From Patescibacteria group bacterium (lineage in GTDB: Bacteria > Patescibacteriota > Gracilibacteria > UBA1369 > 2-02-FULL-48-14), in contig JAHIVE010000015.1 in assembly GCA_018816805.1 (NCBI GenBank), positions 31,104 through 95,103 of the forward strand: a DNA stretch of 64,000 nucleotides. Reading direction: 5' to 3'. Below are positions 36,078-45,832 of the stretch, piece after piece. Within the stretch, counting starts at the first letter, position 1, and each line of letters starts with the position of its first letter. The notes beneath the pieces were generated by a model. The model saw nothing but the letters and a program-made list of their open reading frames with translations. It made no database searches and was not told the DNA's origin. A program made the translations under genes and the position numbers.

Positions 36078-38656
36078 TCGCGGAGGAGCTTGAGTTCGTT
36101 TAGAGTTTGAAGTGCCTCAAGAGGCGTTAATTCATTTATATCAATTCCTTTAAGTTTTTCCAATGCCGGATGCGTTAAATAACCTGGTGTTCGGGCGGCC
36201 TTAAAAGAACTGTTAAAGAGGTTCATTTGGCTTTCCGGAATACTTGCGGATTGGATTTTTTTGGTTTCGAGTTCTTGCAAAATTTCATTTGCACGTTGGA
36301 CCAGGTCCGGTGGCATGCCGGCAATGCGGGCGACTTCAATTCCGTAGCTGCGGTCAATTGGGCCTTCTACAATGCGGTGGAGAAAAAGTACTCCTTTTGC
36401 GGTTTCTTTTACGTCAATTGAATAGTTTTTGGCACGCGGGAGACGGTCTGCGAGGCCTATTAGTTCATGATAATGGGTTGCGAAAAGTGTGAAGGCGCGG
36501 GTTTTTTCATGCAAAAATTCCAGGATTGCCCAGGCAAGGCTGAGGCCGTCGTAAGTGCTGGTGCCACGGCCTACTTCGTCGAGGATGATTAGGGAGCGCG
36601 CGGTGGCGTGATTTAGAATGTATGCGGATTCTTGCATTTCAACCATGAAGGTGGATTGGCCGCGGACCAGGTTGTCGGAGGCGCCAACGCGCGTAAAAAT
36701 TCTGTCAAAAACCGGAAGGGTTGCTGCGCGAGCCGGGACAAAAGAGCCGATTTGGTTTAAAAGTGCAATTAGTGCAATTTGCCTGAGGTATGTTGATTTT
36801 CCTGACATGTTTGGGCCGGTGAGGAGGAGAATTTCAGTTTCGTTAGCGTTGAAATTCGCCGGATTTGGGATGAATTTTTGTTCAAAAGTCATTGATTCCA
36901 CCACTGGATGACGGCCCTCTTCAATTTCCAGTTGGTGCTCTTTGCTCAAGGTTGGGCGGACGTATGAACGGCGCTCAGCCACAATTGCAAAGGACAAAAG
37001 TGCGTCCAGTTCACCGAGAGTTTGTGCGGAAAGTTTGATGTCTTTGACATATTCAAGCGTGAGAGCGCGGATTTCTTGGAAAATTTCGTACTCAAGTTGG
37101 TTGGCTTTTTCACGCGCGGTGAGGACTTTTTCTTCGTATTCTTTTAGTTCGGGGGTGATGTAGCGTTCTGCGTTAACCAGCGTTTGTTTGCGAATGAAAT
37201 AGTCCGGAACTCGGTCGCGGTTTGCATTTGAAACTTCAATGTAGTAGCCAAAAACTTTGTTGTAACTGACTTTCAGTGAAGAAATTCCGGTGTCCTTTCT
37301 TTCCTTTTCTTCAATGTTTTTGAGAGCTGTGCGGCCCGCTTTCATTAGGGAATGAAGTTCGTCCAGTTCAGTGCTGAAACCGGGTGCGACAATCCCGCCT
37401 TCATGCAAGCGTAGCGAAGGTTCTTCCAATATTGCGTTTGAAATTTTTGCGGTAAGCTGAGGGAGTTCTATGAGCTGGTTTTGCAGGGACCTTAGGCAAT
37501 TTGAAGTGGCGTTTGCGAGCAGATTTTTGATTTTTGGGATGATTTTTAGGGACAAGCCAAGCCCAATTAGGTCTCTTGGCGAAGCGGAATTTGAGCTGAG
37601 GCGGCCTAAAAGTCTCTCTAGGTCGCGTAAATTTTTAAGTTCTTCAACAAGGTCGGCGCGAAGGTCTGAGTTTTGGAGTAGTTCTTCGACCGCTTCGTGG
37701 CGAGCGGTGATTTCTTCACTTTTTAAAAGTGGGCAGGTGATCCAACGGCGAAGAGTGCGGCCGCCAACTGAAGTTAAGGTTTCGTCTAAAATTGAAATGA
37801 GGGTCCCCTGCTCCGAATTGCCGATCAATGACCCAAATAGTTCAAGGTTGCGGATGGTGGATTCGTCCAGTTCCATCCAGTTTTCACGGTAGTAAGCGGT
37901 GATGCGGTCCAGGTGGTTGATATCTTCTTTTTGAGTGTCTTTGAGGTAGCGCATGAGGACCGCGGCGGCTTGAATTGCAAATGGTTTGCTGGCGATTCCA
38001 AAGCCTTCCAAACCTGTTACATTGAAGGATTCGAGCAAGAATTTGTAGCCTTCTTCATAGAGGTCTGCCGGTGAGATTGGGGCTTTTGTCAGGCTGATTA
38101 TGAGTGTGCGGATGTCCGGGTCGTTGTAATGGTCACGGGAGAGGACAATTTCTGCCGGGTTTAGGCGGATTAATTCGCTTTTTAGGGTTTCGCGGCCCTG
38201 AATTTGGGCGGAAAGAAATTCTCCGGTTGTGAGGTCCGCAAAGGCCAGACCAAAATAGTCTTTTTGCGGGTAGAGAGCGAGAATGTAGCGGCTCTGTTTT
38301 TTGTCCAGGACTTGGTCTGAAAAAGTGGTGCCGGGAGTGATAATTTTTGTTATTTTTCTTTTGACAATTCCTGGCAGCGAAGGGTCTGAAATTTGTTCGC
38401 AAATGGCGACTTTTTTTCCGGCTTTGGTTAGTTTGGCTATGTAGGATTCCGCGGCGTGATAAGGGACGCCGCACATTGGGATTGGGTCTTTGCTTTTGTT
38501 GCGGGCGGTCAAGGTGATGTCAAGAATTTTTGAGGCTTCAAGTGCGTCCGGGCCAAAAAGTTCATAAAAATCTCCGAGTCTGAAAAAAAGCAGCGCGCCC
38601 GGGCATTCGCTTTTTATGGCGTGATACTGCTGCATCATTGGAGTGAGTTTGGACAT
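36074..38656 (-). CDS. mutS: DNA mismatch repair protein MutS
   Basis: 'TPMMQQYHAIK..LFFRLGDFYELF', Walker A 'GPNMSGKSTYLRQ' and 'LDEVGRGTSTYDG'. 860 aa. Confidence 0.97.
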   Translation of the reverse strand: MSKLTPMMQQYHAIKSECPGALLFFRLGDFYELFGPDALEASKILDITLTARNKSKDPIPMCGVPYHAAESYIAKLTKAGKKVAICEQISDPSLPGIVKRKITKIITPGTTFSDQVLDKKQSRYILALYPQKDYFGLAFADLTTGEFLSAQIQGRETLKSELIRLNPAEIVLSRDHYNDPDIRTLIISLTKAPISPADLYEEGYKFLLESFNVTGLEGFGIASKPFAIQAAAVLMRYLKDTQKEDINHLDRITAYYRENWMELDESTIRNLELFGSLIGNSEQGTLISILDETLTSVGGRTLRRWITCPLLKSEEITARHEAVEELLQNSDLRADLVEELKNLRDLERLLGRLSSNSASPRDLIGLGLSLKIIPKIKNLLANATSNCLRSLQNQLIELPQLTAKISNAILEEPSLRLHEGGIVAPGFSTELDELHSLMKAGRTALKNIEEKERKDTGISSLKVSYNKVFGYYIEVSNANRDRVPDYFIRKQTLVNAERYITPELKEYEEKVLTAREKANQLEYEIFQEIRALTLEYVKDIKLSAQTLGELDALLSFAIVAERRSYVRPTLSKEHQLEIEEGRHPVVESMTFEQKFIPNPANFNANETEILLLTGPNMSGKSTYLRQIALIALLNQIGSFVPARAATLPVFDRIFTRVGASDNLVRGQSTFMVEMQESAYILNHATARSLIILDEVGRGTSTYDGLSLAWAILEFLHEKTRAFTLFATHYHELIGLADRLPRAKNYSIDVKETAKGVLFLHRIVEGPIDRSYGIEVARIAGMPPDLVQRANEILQELETKKIQSASIPESQMNLFNSSFKAARTPGYLTHPALEKLKGIDINELTPLEALQTLNELKLLRE

Positions 38657-38787
38657 TTTGGATTGTGGGGAAATTCAAATTCATCCTAACTTTTGTGCTT
38701 GCGAGATGCAAAAAAACGGGATTGCGGTTAAGTGGGATTTGATATTTTCTATGCTCTCAATTAGAGTTGTGTTCGTCTAAGGACGCT

Positions 38788-38862
38788 GTCCCTGTAGTTC
38801 AATGGATAGAACGAGGCTCTCCTAAGGCTTAAATACAGGTTCGATTCCTGTCGGGGACACCA
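38788..38862 (+). tRNA. tRNA-Arg (anticodon CCU) with an encoded CCA
   Basis: The cloverleaf folds by hand. Acceptor GTCCCTG/CGGGGAC, D-arm GTTC..GAAC, anticodon loop CTCCTAA, T-arm ACAGG-TTCGATT-CCTGT, then A-CCA. Confidence 0.9.
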
Positions 38863-38867
38863 TTTTT

Positions 38868-39752
38868 TTACTCAAACAAATCCGTACTCAGGTACTTTTC
38901 GCCCCTGTCGGGGAGGATTGTGACTATTATGCCGCTTTGAAGTTCTTCTGCGAGGATGGCTGCGCCCCAAAGAGCTGCGCCTGAACTAACTCCAACCAAG
39001 AGGCCGTTTGTTTTTGCAATTTTTCGAGCCATTTCTACGGCGTCGCTACGCATGGCGAGAAGTTTTTTGTCCAGGTAGGATTCGTCAAATATTCCGGGTG
39101 GATTGGGTTCTTGCATAGAACGGAGGCCGTCGATTCTTTCGCCGAGAACGGGTTCGACTCCAATAATTTTGATGTCCAGATTTTTCTCTTTGAAATTAGT
39201 GGAAACGCCGCGGAGAGTGCCAAAAGTGCCCATTCCTCCCACAAAATGGGTGATTTTGGGGACTTGGGAGAGGATTTCTTGGGCGGTGGTGGCGTGGTGG
39301 GCGGCGGGGTTTTCAAGAGTGTTATGTTGGTTTGGCATCCAGTAGGTGTCGGGATTTTCCGCAACTAGTCGGCGGGCTTCTTCAATTGCACCGCCTGTTC
39401 CATTTTCCGGCGGGGTTTGTATGAGTGTGGCGCCGTATGCTTTGAGGATTTTTTTTCGTTCTTCACTCATTGAAGCAGGCATTGTGAGGGTGATTTCGTA
39501 ACCTTTGATGGCTGCGATCATAGCAAGTGCAATGCCCGTGTTACCGCTTGTGGATTCCAGGATTGTTTTTTCTTTGGTGAGTTCGCCTTTCTTTTCTGCT
39601 TGTTCAATCATTTGCTTTGCGATTCTATCTTTTACGCTGCCGCCAATGTTTTGGCCTTCCAGTTTGGCGAAAATTTTCACGTTCGGGTTTGTGGTAAGTC
39701 TTAGGATTTGAACGACCGGAGTGGAACCGATTAAATCTAGAATTTCTAGCAT
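38868..39752 (-). CDS. PLP-dependent cysteine synthase family protein (CysK/CysM-like)
   Basis: 'KLEGQNIGGSVKDRIA' (PLP Lys), 'STSGNTGIALA' and 'GVSSGAA'. 294 aa. Confidence 0.88.
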   Translation of the reverse strand: MLEILDLIGSTPVVQILRLTTNPNVKIFAKLEGQNIGGSVKDRIAKQMIEQAEKKGELTKEKTILESTSGNTGIALAMIAAIKGYEITLTMPASMSEERKKILKAYGATLIQTPPENGTGGAIEEARRLVAENPDTYWMPNQHNTLENPAAHHATTAQEILSQVPKITHFVGGMGTFGTLRGVSTNFKEKNLDIKIIGVEPVLGERIDGLRSMQEPNPPGIFDESYLDKKLLAMRSDAVEMARKIAKTNGLLVGVSSGAALWGAAILAEELQSGIIVTILPDRGEKYLSTDLFE

Positions 39753-39762
39753 TGTTTGGGGG

Positions 39763-40170
39763 TTAAAAAAGTTCTGAAAGGGGAATTAAGATGTCCGGGA
39801 TGATTTCTATTAATGGGGTTTTATCCTCTCCCCAGACATGTTTTGTGGTTTTGTAAGGTAGGAGTTTTGCCAGGAGGCCGCTTTCAACAACGAGCTCCTT
39901 TGAAACTTTTATACCCTCTCTGAACGAGAGAACGGAGATATTGTCGTCAAAAATGTCCAATTCGACGACTGGAATGCGTTTTAGGCCAATTTTTTTGGCG
40001 ATTGTCCACCTGTGATGACCGTCAAGAATGATTTTGTGGGTTTTATCCACGACGATTGGTTTTTTAAGATGCTTGTCTTTGCGGATTATTTGCTCGAGGC
40101 GAATGAGGTAGTCTTGGTCAACTTCCTCATGTGGTGAGATTTTTGAGATTTCAAGATAAATAATGTCCAT
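39763..40170 (-). CDS. ParB/sulfiredoxin-fold domain protein (135 aa)
   Basis: 'ISPHEE' and 'KPIVVDKTHKIILDGHHRWTIAKKIGLKRIPV' (DGHHR motif). It lies 10 nt upstream of the cysteine synthase gene on the same strand. Confidence 0.6.
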   Translation of the reverse strand: MDIIYLEISKISPHEEVDQDYLIRLEQIIRKDKHLKKPIVVDKTHKIILDGHHRWTIAKKIGLKRIPVVELDIFDDNISVLSFREGIKVSKELVVESGLLAKLLPYKTTKHVWGEDKTPLIEIIPDILIPLSELF

Positions 40171-40183
40171 ATTTGTGATATTT

Positions 40184-40211
40184 AAAAAAACCGCCCGTGA
40201 ATGCAGGGCGG
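40184..40211 (-). terminator. Terminator-like hairpin plus U7 in the 5' leader of the ParB-fold/cysteine synthase operon, a possible attenuator
   Basis: On the minus-strand RNA: ccgccc, loop tgcattcac, gggcgg, then ttttttt, ending 13 nt before the ATG at 40170. Confidence 0.45.
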
Positions 40212-40346
40212 CTTTTGGTTTTTTATTAAAGATTCGCTAAATTGCCCTGCAGATTATGCAAGGACAACAATATTTGTTATTTAGGTTTTCTTTCCTCATT
40301 TGTGGTCATTTTAACACTTTCTTTGTGGCTGTCCAGTGAAGAAGTA

Positions 40347-40392
40347 TTGACGGTGAGCGCGCACTCACCTACAATGTGAGCACATACTCACC
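40347..40392 (+). promoter_or_regulatory. lexA promoter with two candidate LexA operators (GTGAG-N6-CTCAC)
   Basis: TTGACG (40347-40352), a 17-nt spacer, then TACAAT (40370-40375). Box 1, GGTGAGCGCGCACTCACC (40352-40369), fills the spacer. Box 2, TGTGAGCACATACTCACC (40375-40392), sits just downstream of the -10. Confidence 0.65.
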
Positions 40393-40402
40393 CTAAAGTC
40401 AC

Positions 40403-41020
40403 ATGGAACCAATTACTGAAAAGCAAGAATCCGTTTTGAAATTTATTGAGGATTACCAATTCAAATTTGGTTCTTCCCCTACCCTGCGTGAAATGCGTGA
40501 GCACTTTAATGTGAGCAGTGATAACAGTATCTTAAAACACTTAAAGGCTCTTCAAGAAAAGGGTTATATAGAGAAGGATGATACACCTCGTGGAATAAAA
40601 CTTTTAAATATTGTTAAGGAAAAGCTTACTGCGGCCTCTAATATTGCTCGCATTCCATTGCTTGGTACTATTCCGGCCGGAGGACCTGTTCTGTCTGAAG
40701 AGTATGTTTTAGACTATTTTGAGGTTGGTCAGGATATGCTTAAGAAGCCGCAGGGTTCTTTTGCGCTTCGAGTTAGCGGACTTAGTATGATTGATGCAGG
40801 TATTTTGGAAGGGGATTTTGTGATTGCAAATAGAGATATTGATCCAAAAGATGGGGATATTGTTGTTGCTTTGGTTGATGGCTCAAATACTGTGAAGCGT
40901 TTTAGGAAAAAAGGTCATCAAGTTTGGCTCCAAGCGGAAAATTCTGATTATTCAGATATTGAACCGGGTGAATACCTTGAAGTACAAGGGGTGGTCACTG
41001 CGGTTATTCGTCAATATTAA
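40403..41020 (+). CDS. lexA: LexA repressor
   Basis: N-terminal wHTH 'LREMREHFNVSSDNSILKHLKALQEKGYIEKD', cleavage site 'IPAGGP', S24 peptidase 'GLSM' and 'TVKRF'. Confidence 0.93.
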   Translation: MEPITEKQESVLKFIEDYQFKFGSSPTLREMREHFNVSSDNSILKHLKALQEKGYIEKDDTPRGIKLLNIVKEKLTAASNIARIPLLGTIPAGGPVLSEEYVLDYFEVGQDMLKKPQGSFALRVSGLSMIDAGILEGDFVIANRDIDPKDGDIVVALVDGSNTVKRFRKKGHQVWLQAENSDYSDIEPGEYLEVQGVVTAVIRQY

Positions 41021-41190
41021 TTTAACCACTCCATACCATGTTTACAAAAAAACCATTAAAACGTTTCCACGTTTCTGCAGAAAAAGTTTATTTACCCGGG
41101 AAAAAAACTATTTTGAGAAGGGCAATTTTATTTTTTAGACCTTACACAAAAAAAACTGCTTATAGGATATCGGGAGGATACTTGTTAGCT

Positions 41191-43199
<2,009 letters not shown>

Positions 43200-43200
43200 A

Positions 43201-43446
43201 AAAATCCCACCTGTCTATCAATGAGAATATTTCACTGAGACGAATGGTGGGATTTTAGTTTGAACGGTGACTACGTTCTGTTTTTGTTTCAAAGCCTTGT
43301 TTTGGTCAGGTTTAGGGCCGGACCGGGGCTGCCCCTGACGTGAATTCCGGAGGTGTGCTAGGCAGGAACCAGAGCGGATTCACGGGGCGGAAGAGGGAGT
43401 CTTATTCCCGTGGGCTGTCGATGTCATACGAGAGCCATCACAAAGC
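43201..43446 (+). ncRNA. Candidate structured RNA element, copy 1 (family unidentified). Its 5' hairpin also looks like the eno terminator.
   Basis: Paralogous to 43612-43878, with conserved blocks plus compensatory changes in at least 3 stems (see findings). Strand assignment is tentative, based on a G-U pair in stem 43395-43409. Confidence 0.5.
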
Positions 43447-43465
43447 GATTGATTGATAACTAAAG

Positions 43466-43544
43466 GAACTTTTTTGTTTTTGATTTTTTGTTATCAAATT
43501 AATGTATCAAGTATATATAATTGGTGCAAGGAATAGGGGTGGAC
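43466..43544 (+). repeat. Repeat module A1, a T-rich tract plus a promoter-like region and a conserved GCAAGGAATAG..GTGGAC
   Basis: Aligns with 44044-44123. It contains TATAAT at about 43515-43520. Confidence 0.5.
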
Positions 43545-43611
43545 GTGTTTGAATCTTTGGCATCTATAAGGTTTGCTGTACAACATTTTTGTTCGTTTTT
43601 TCCTTTAAAAG

Positions 43612-43878
43612 AAAACCGGCTTTGTTCCCTGTCTATCAATGAAATAAATTTCACTGAGACACTTTTGGGAGTAAAGCCGGTTTTGCGAATGGTGACCACA
43701 TCATTCTGTTTTTGTTTCACTGCAATGCTTTGGTCAAGTTTATGGCCGGACCGGGGCTGCCCTTTACGTGATTTTGGTCACTATATCCGGAGACAGGGAG
43801 TGAAAATGCAAAATCACAGAGCGGTATTGAGAGTCTTTCTCTCATGGGTCCTCTGGTCAAAGAGGTCCATCACAAAGC
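43612..43878 (+). ncRNA. Candidate structured RNA element, copy 2 (family unidentified)
   Basis: Shares 'ctgtctatcaatga.ata.atttcactgagac', 'ttctgtttttgtttca', 'ggccggaccggggctgccc', 'cagagcgg' and 'ccatcacaaagc' with copy 1. The stems differ but remain complementary. Confidence 0.5.
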
Positions 43879-44043
43879 AGAAAATGGGCACGAGCTGTTA
43901 GTACGACGGTATCGTACCCACATCCCGCTTTGCGAGCATGGGGCCTCAGAAAATAGATTCTGAGGTGGCCACAGGCGTCTAATTTTGAGACGCTACAACT
44001 GAATGGATGCTCCCTTTCGGTCGTGTGTGGTCGAAATTTCAAA

Positions 44044-44123
44044 GAACTTTTTTTTGTTTTTATTTTTATGTTTCATAACAATGTATCAAATTCAAGATTC
44101 TGGCGCAAGGAATAGTAGTGGAC
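44044..44123 (+). repeat. Repeat module A2, a paralogue of A1 located ~90 nt upstream of sdaAB
   Basis: gaacttttttttgtttttatttttatgtttcataacaatgtatcaaa..tggcgcaaggaatagtagtggac aligns with A1. Confidence 0.5.
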
Positions 44124-44214
44124 TAGCATTGTGTTTATTTTGTGGTTCGATGTATGACAGGTTTAGCTTTACGTTTTCAATTAAGACGTTTAAACTGCAA
44201 TCATAATAATTTAT

Positions 44215-44901
44215 ATGACGACGTTTTCCGTCTTCGATATAGCGGGTCCGGTAATGGTTGGTCCATCCAGCTCTCATACAGCAGGTGCGGCTAAACTGGG
44301 TCAGTTTGCGAGGGCAATTTTTGATTCGACTCCTACAAAAGTGCATTTTTTGCTACATGGTTCTTTTGGAGAAGTTTTTAAGGGTCATGCAACGGATAGG
44401 GCTCTTTTGGCGGGGGTTATGAAATATCCTCCTAATGATCCTGCAATAAAGAATGCTTTTGAAATTGCGCAAAAACAGGGGCTTCACTATAAGTTTGAGG
44501 TTGGGAATTTGGGATATAATGTGCATCCGAATACGGTTTTGATTACAATGGACAACTTTAAGAGAAAAGTTAGTGTGATGGGGTCGAGTATTGGGGGTGG
44601 AAATGTGGAAATTATTAGAATAAATGATTTTGATATTCATCTAACCGGGAATAGCGCGGAGCAGTTTTTTACTCTGGTGGTGGAGAATGAGAATTTGCCG
44701 GGTATGCTTGCAAAAACGACCAGTTATTTAGGAAAAAAGAAAATTCGCATTGTGAATATGCAGAGTTCGTATTTGGCGGGGGAAAATAAGGTTTTGTCTG
44801 TGCTTAGTTTGGAACAGCCGCTAAATTTGGATGAGATTTTGGAACTTGAAAAAGAGGAGGGCATAATTTTTGTTCGTTCGCTTCTTAAATTGACTCAATA
44901 A
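44215..44901 (+). CDS. sdaAB: L-serine dehydratase, iron-sulfur-dependent, beta subunit
   Basis: 'SVFDIAGPVMVGPSSSHTAGAAKLG' with a C-terminal ACT-like region. Confidence 0.9.
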   Translation: MTTFSVFDIAGPVMVGPSSSHTAGAAKLGQFARAIFDSTPTKVHFLLHGSFGEVFKGHATDRALLAGVMKYPPNDPAIKNAFEIAQKQGLHYKFEVGNLGYNVHPNTVLITMDNFKRKVSVMGSSIGGGNVEIIRINDFDIHLTGNSAEQFFTLVVENENLPGMLAKTTSYLGKKKIRIVNMQSSYLAGENKVLSVLSLEQPLNLDEILELEKEEGIIFVRSLLKLTQ

Positions 44902-44902
44902 T

Positions 44903-45832
44903 ATGGCTTCATCTTATGTTTTTAGGAACGGCAAAGAGCTTCTTGACAGGTGCAAGGAGCATAAAATGCCTATTTGGGAAGTTGTATTAAATTATGAGAT
45001 TCAACTTTCCGGGAAAGATAAGGATTATGTTTTTAAAATGCTTGGAGATAGGCTTACGGTTATGATGGAGGGAATTGCCGCTACACTTGATAAACCAGAG
45101 ATGTCGCCTAGCAAAATGGCGGGGAAATCTGCCCCAATTATTCAAAAAGTATTGAAGGATTGGAAAAAGTGGGAAAACAAACTCATGATGAATGAAGATG
45201 CTGTGAAAGCTATGCTTGGGGCTATTGCAACAGGTGAAAATAATGCGAGAATGGGTGTTATTTTGGCTTTCCCAACGGCCGGTGCGGCCGGAGTTTTGCC
45301 GGGTGTGATTTTTGGTTCTCGCGATAAGCTTAAATTGACACAAGATCAGATGGTGAAAATGATGCTTACCGGTGCCGGAATTGGAATTATTGTGGCAAAT
45401 ACTGCAACTCTTTCCGGTGCTGCGGGAGGATGTCAGGCTGAAATTGGAACTGCAACTGCAATGGGTGCTGCTGCTTTGACGGAAGTGCGTGGTGGAAAGC
45501 CGGAGACTTGTTTGCATGCGGCTTCTTTATCTTTGAAAAATATGTTGGGATTGGTTTGTGATCCAATTGGCGGGCTGGTTGAAGTGCCATGTATAAAGAG
45601 AAACGCTTTTGGGGCTATGTATAGTTTTACAGGTTCAGATTTGGCTTTAATGGGTATTGAAAGTTTTGTGCCGTTTGATGAAGTAGTGGTTGCACTTAGG
45701 AGTATTGGAGATATGATGTCACCGAAGCTCCGTGAGACTGCTTTGGGTGGTTTGGCTGTTTCGCCCACAGGGCTTAAGGTGGCAAAAAAAATGGGGTTAA
45801 TTCAAATTAGTACTAACCCCTGTTCAAAATGA
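44903..45832 (+). CDS. sdaAA: L-serine dehydratase, iron-sulfur-dependent, alpha subunit
   Basis: 'GAAGGCQAEIGTA' and 'LVCDPIGGLVEVPCIKRNA'. It starts 1 nt after the sdaAB stop. Confidence 0.9.
   Translation: MASSYVFRNGKELLDRCKEHKMPIWEVVLNYEIQLSGKDKDYVFKMLGDRLTVMMEGIAATLDKPEMSPSKMAGKSAPIIQKVLKDWKKWENKLMMNEDAVKAMLGAIATGENNARMGVILAFPTAGAAGVLPGVIFGSRDKLKLTQDQMVKMMLTGAGIGIIVANTATLSGAAGGCQAEIGTATAMGAAALTEVRGGKPETCLHAASLSLKNMLGLVCDPIGGLVEVPCIKRNAFGAMYSFTGSDLALMGIESFVPFDEVVVALRSIGDMMSPKLRETALGGLAVSPTGLKVAKKMGLIQISTNPCSK

Noticed and set aside
43290-43345. Possible SRP (4.5S) RNA domain IV: 'ggtcaggt..ccgga..gctgcc' loosely resembles 'GGUCAGGUCCGGAAGGAAGCAGCC'
   Set aside because: There is no GNRA tetraloop and no symmetric/asymmetric loop arrangement. 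The element is present twice in tandem, which is not expected for SRP RNA.
43521-43901. 126-aa plus-strand ORF spanning the eno-sdaAB gap
   Set aside because: It runs straight through repeat module A1 and RNA copy 2. Copy 1, which shares the conserved nucleotide blocks, has no equivalent reading frame. The conservation pattern (compensatory stem changes) is RNA-like, not protein-like.
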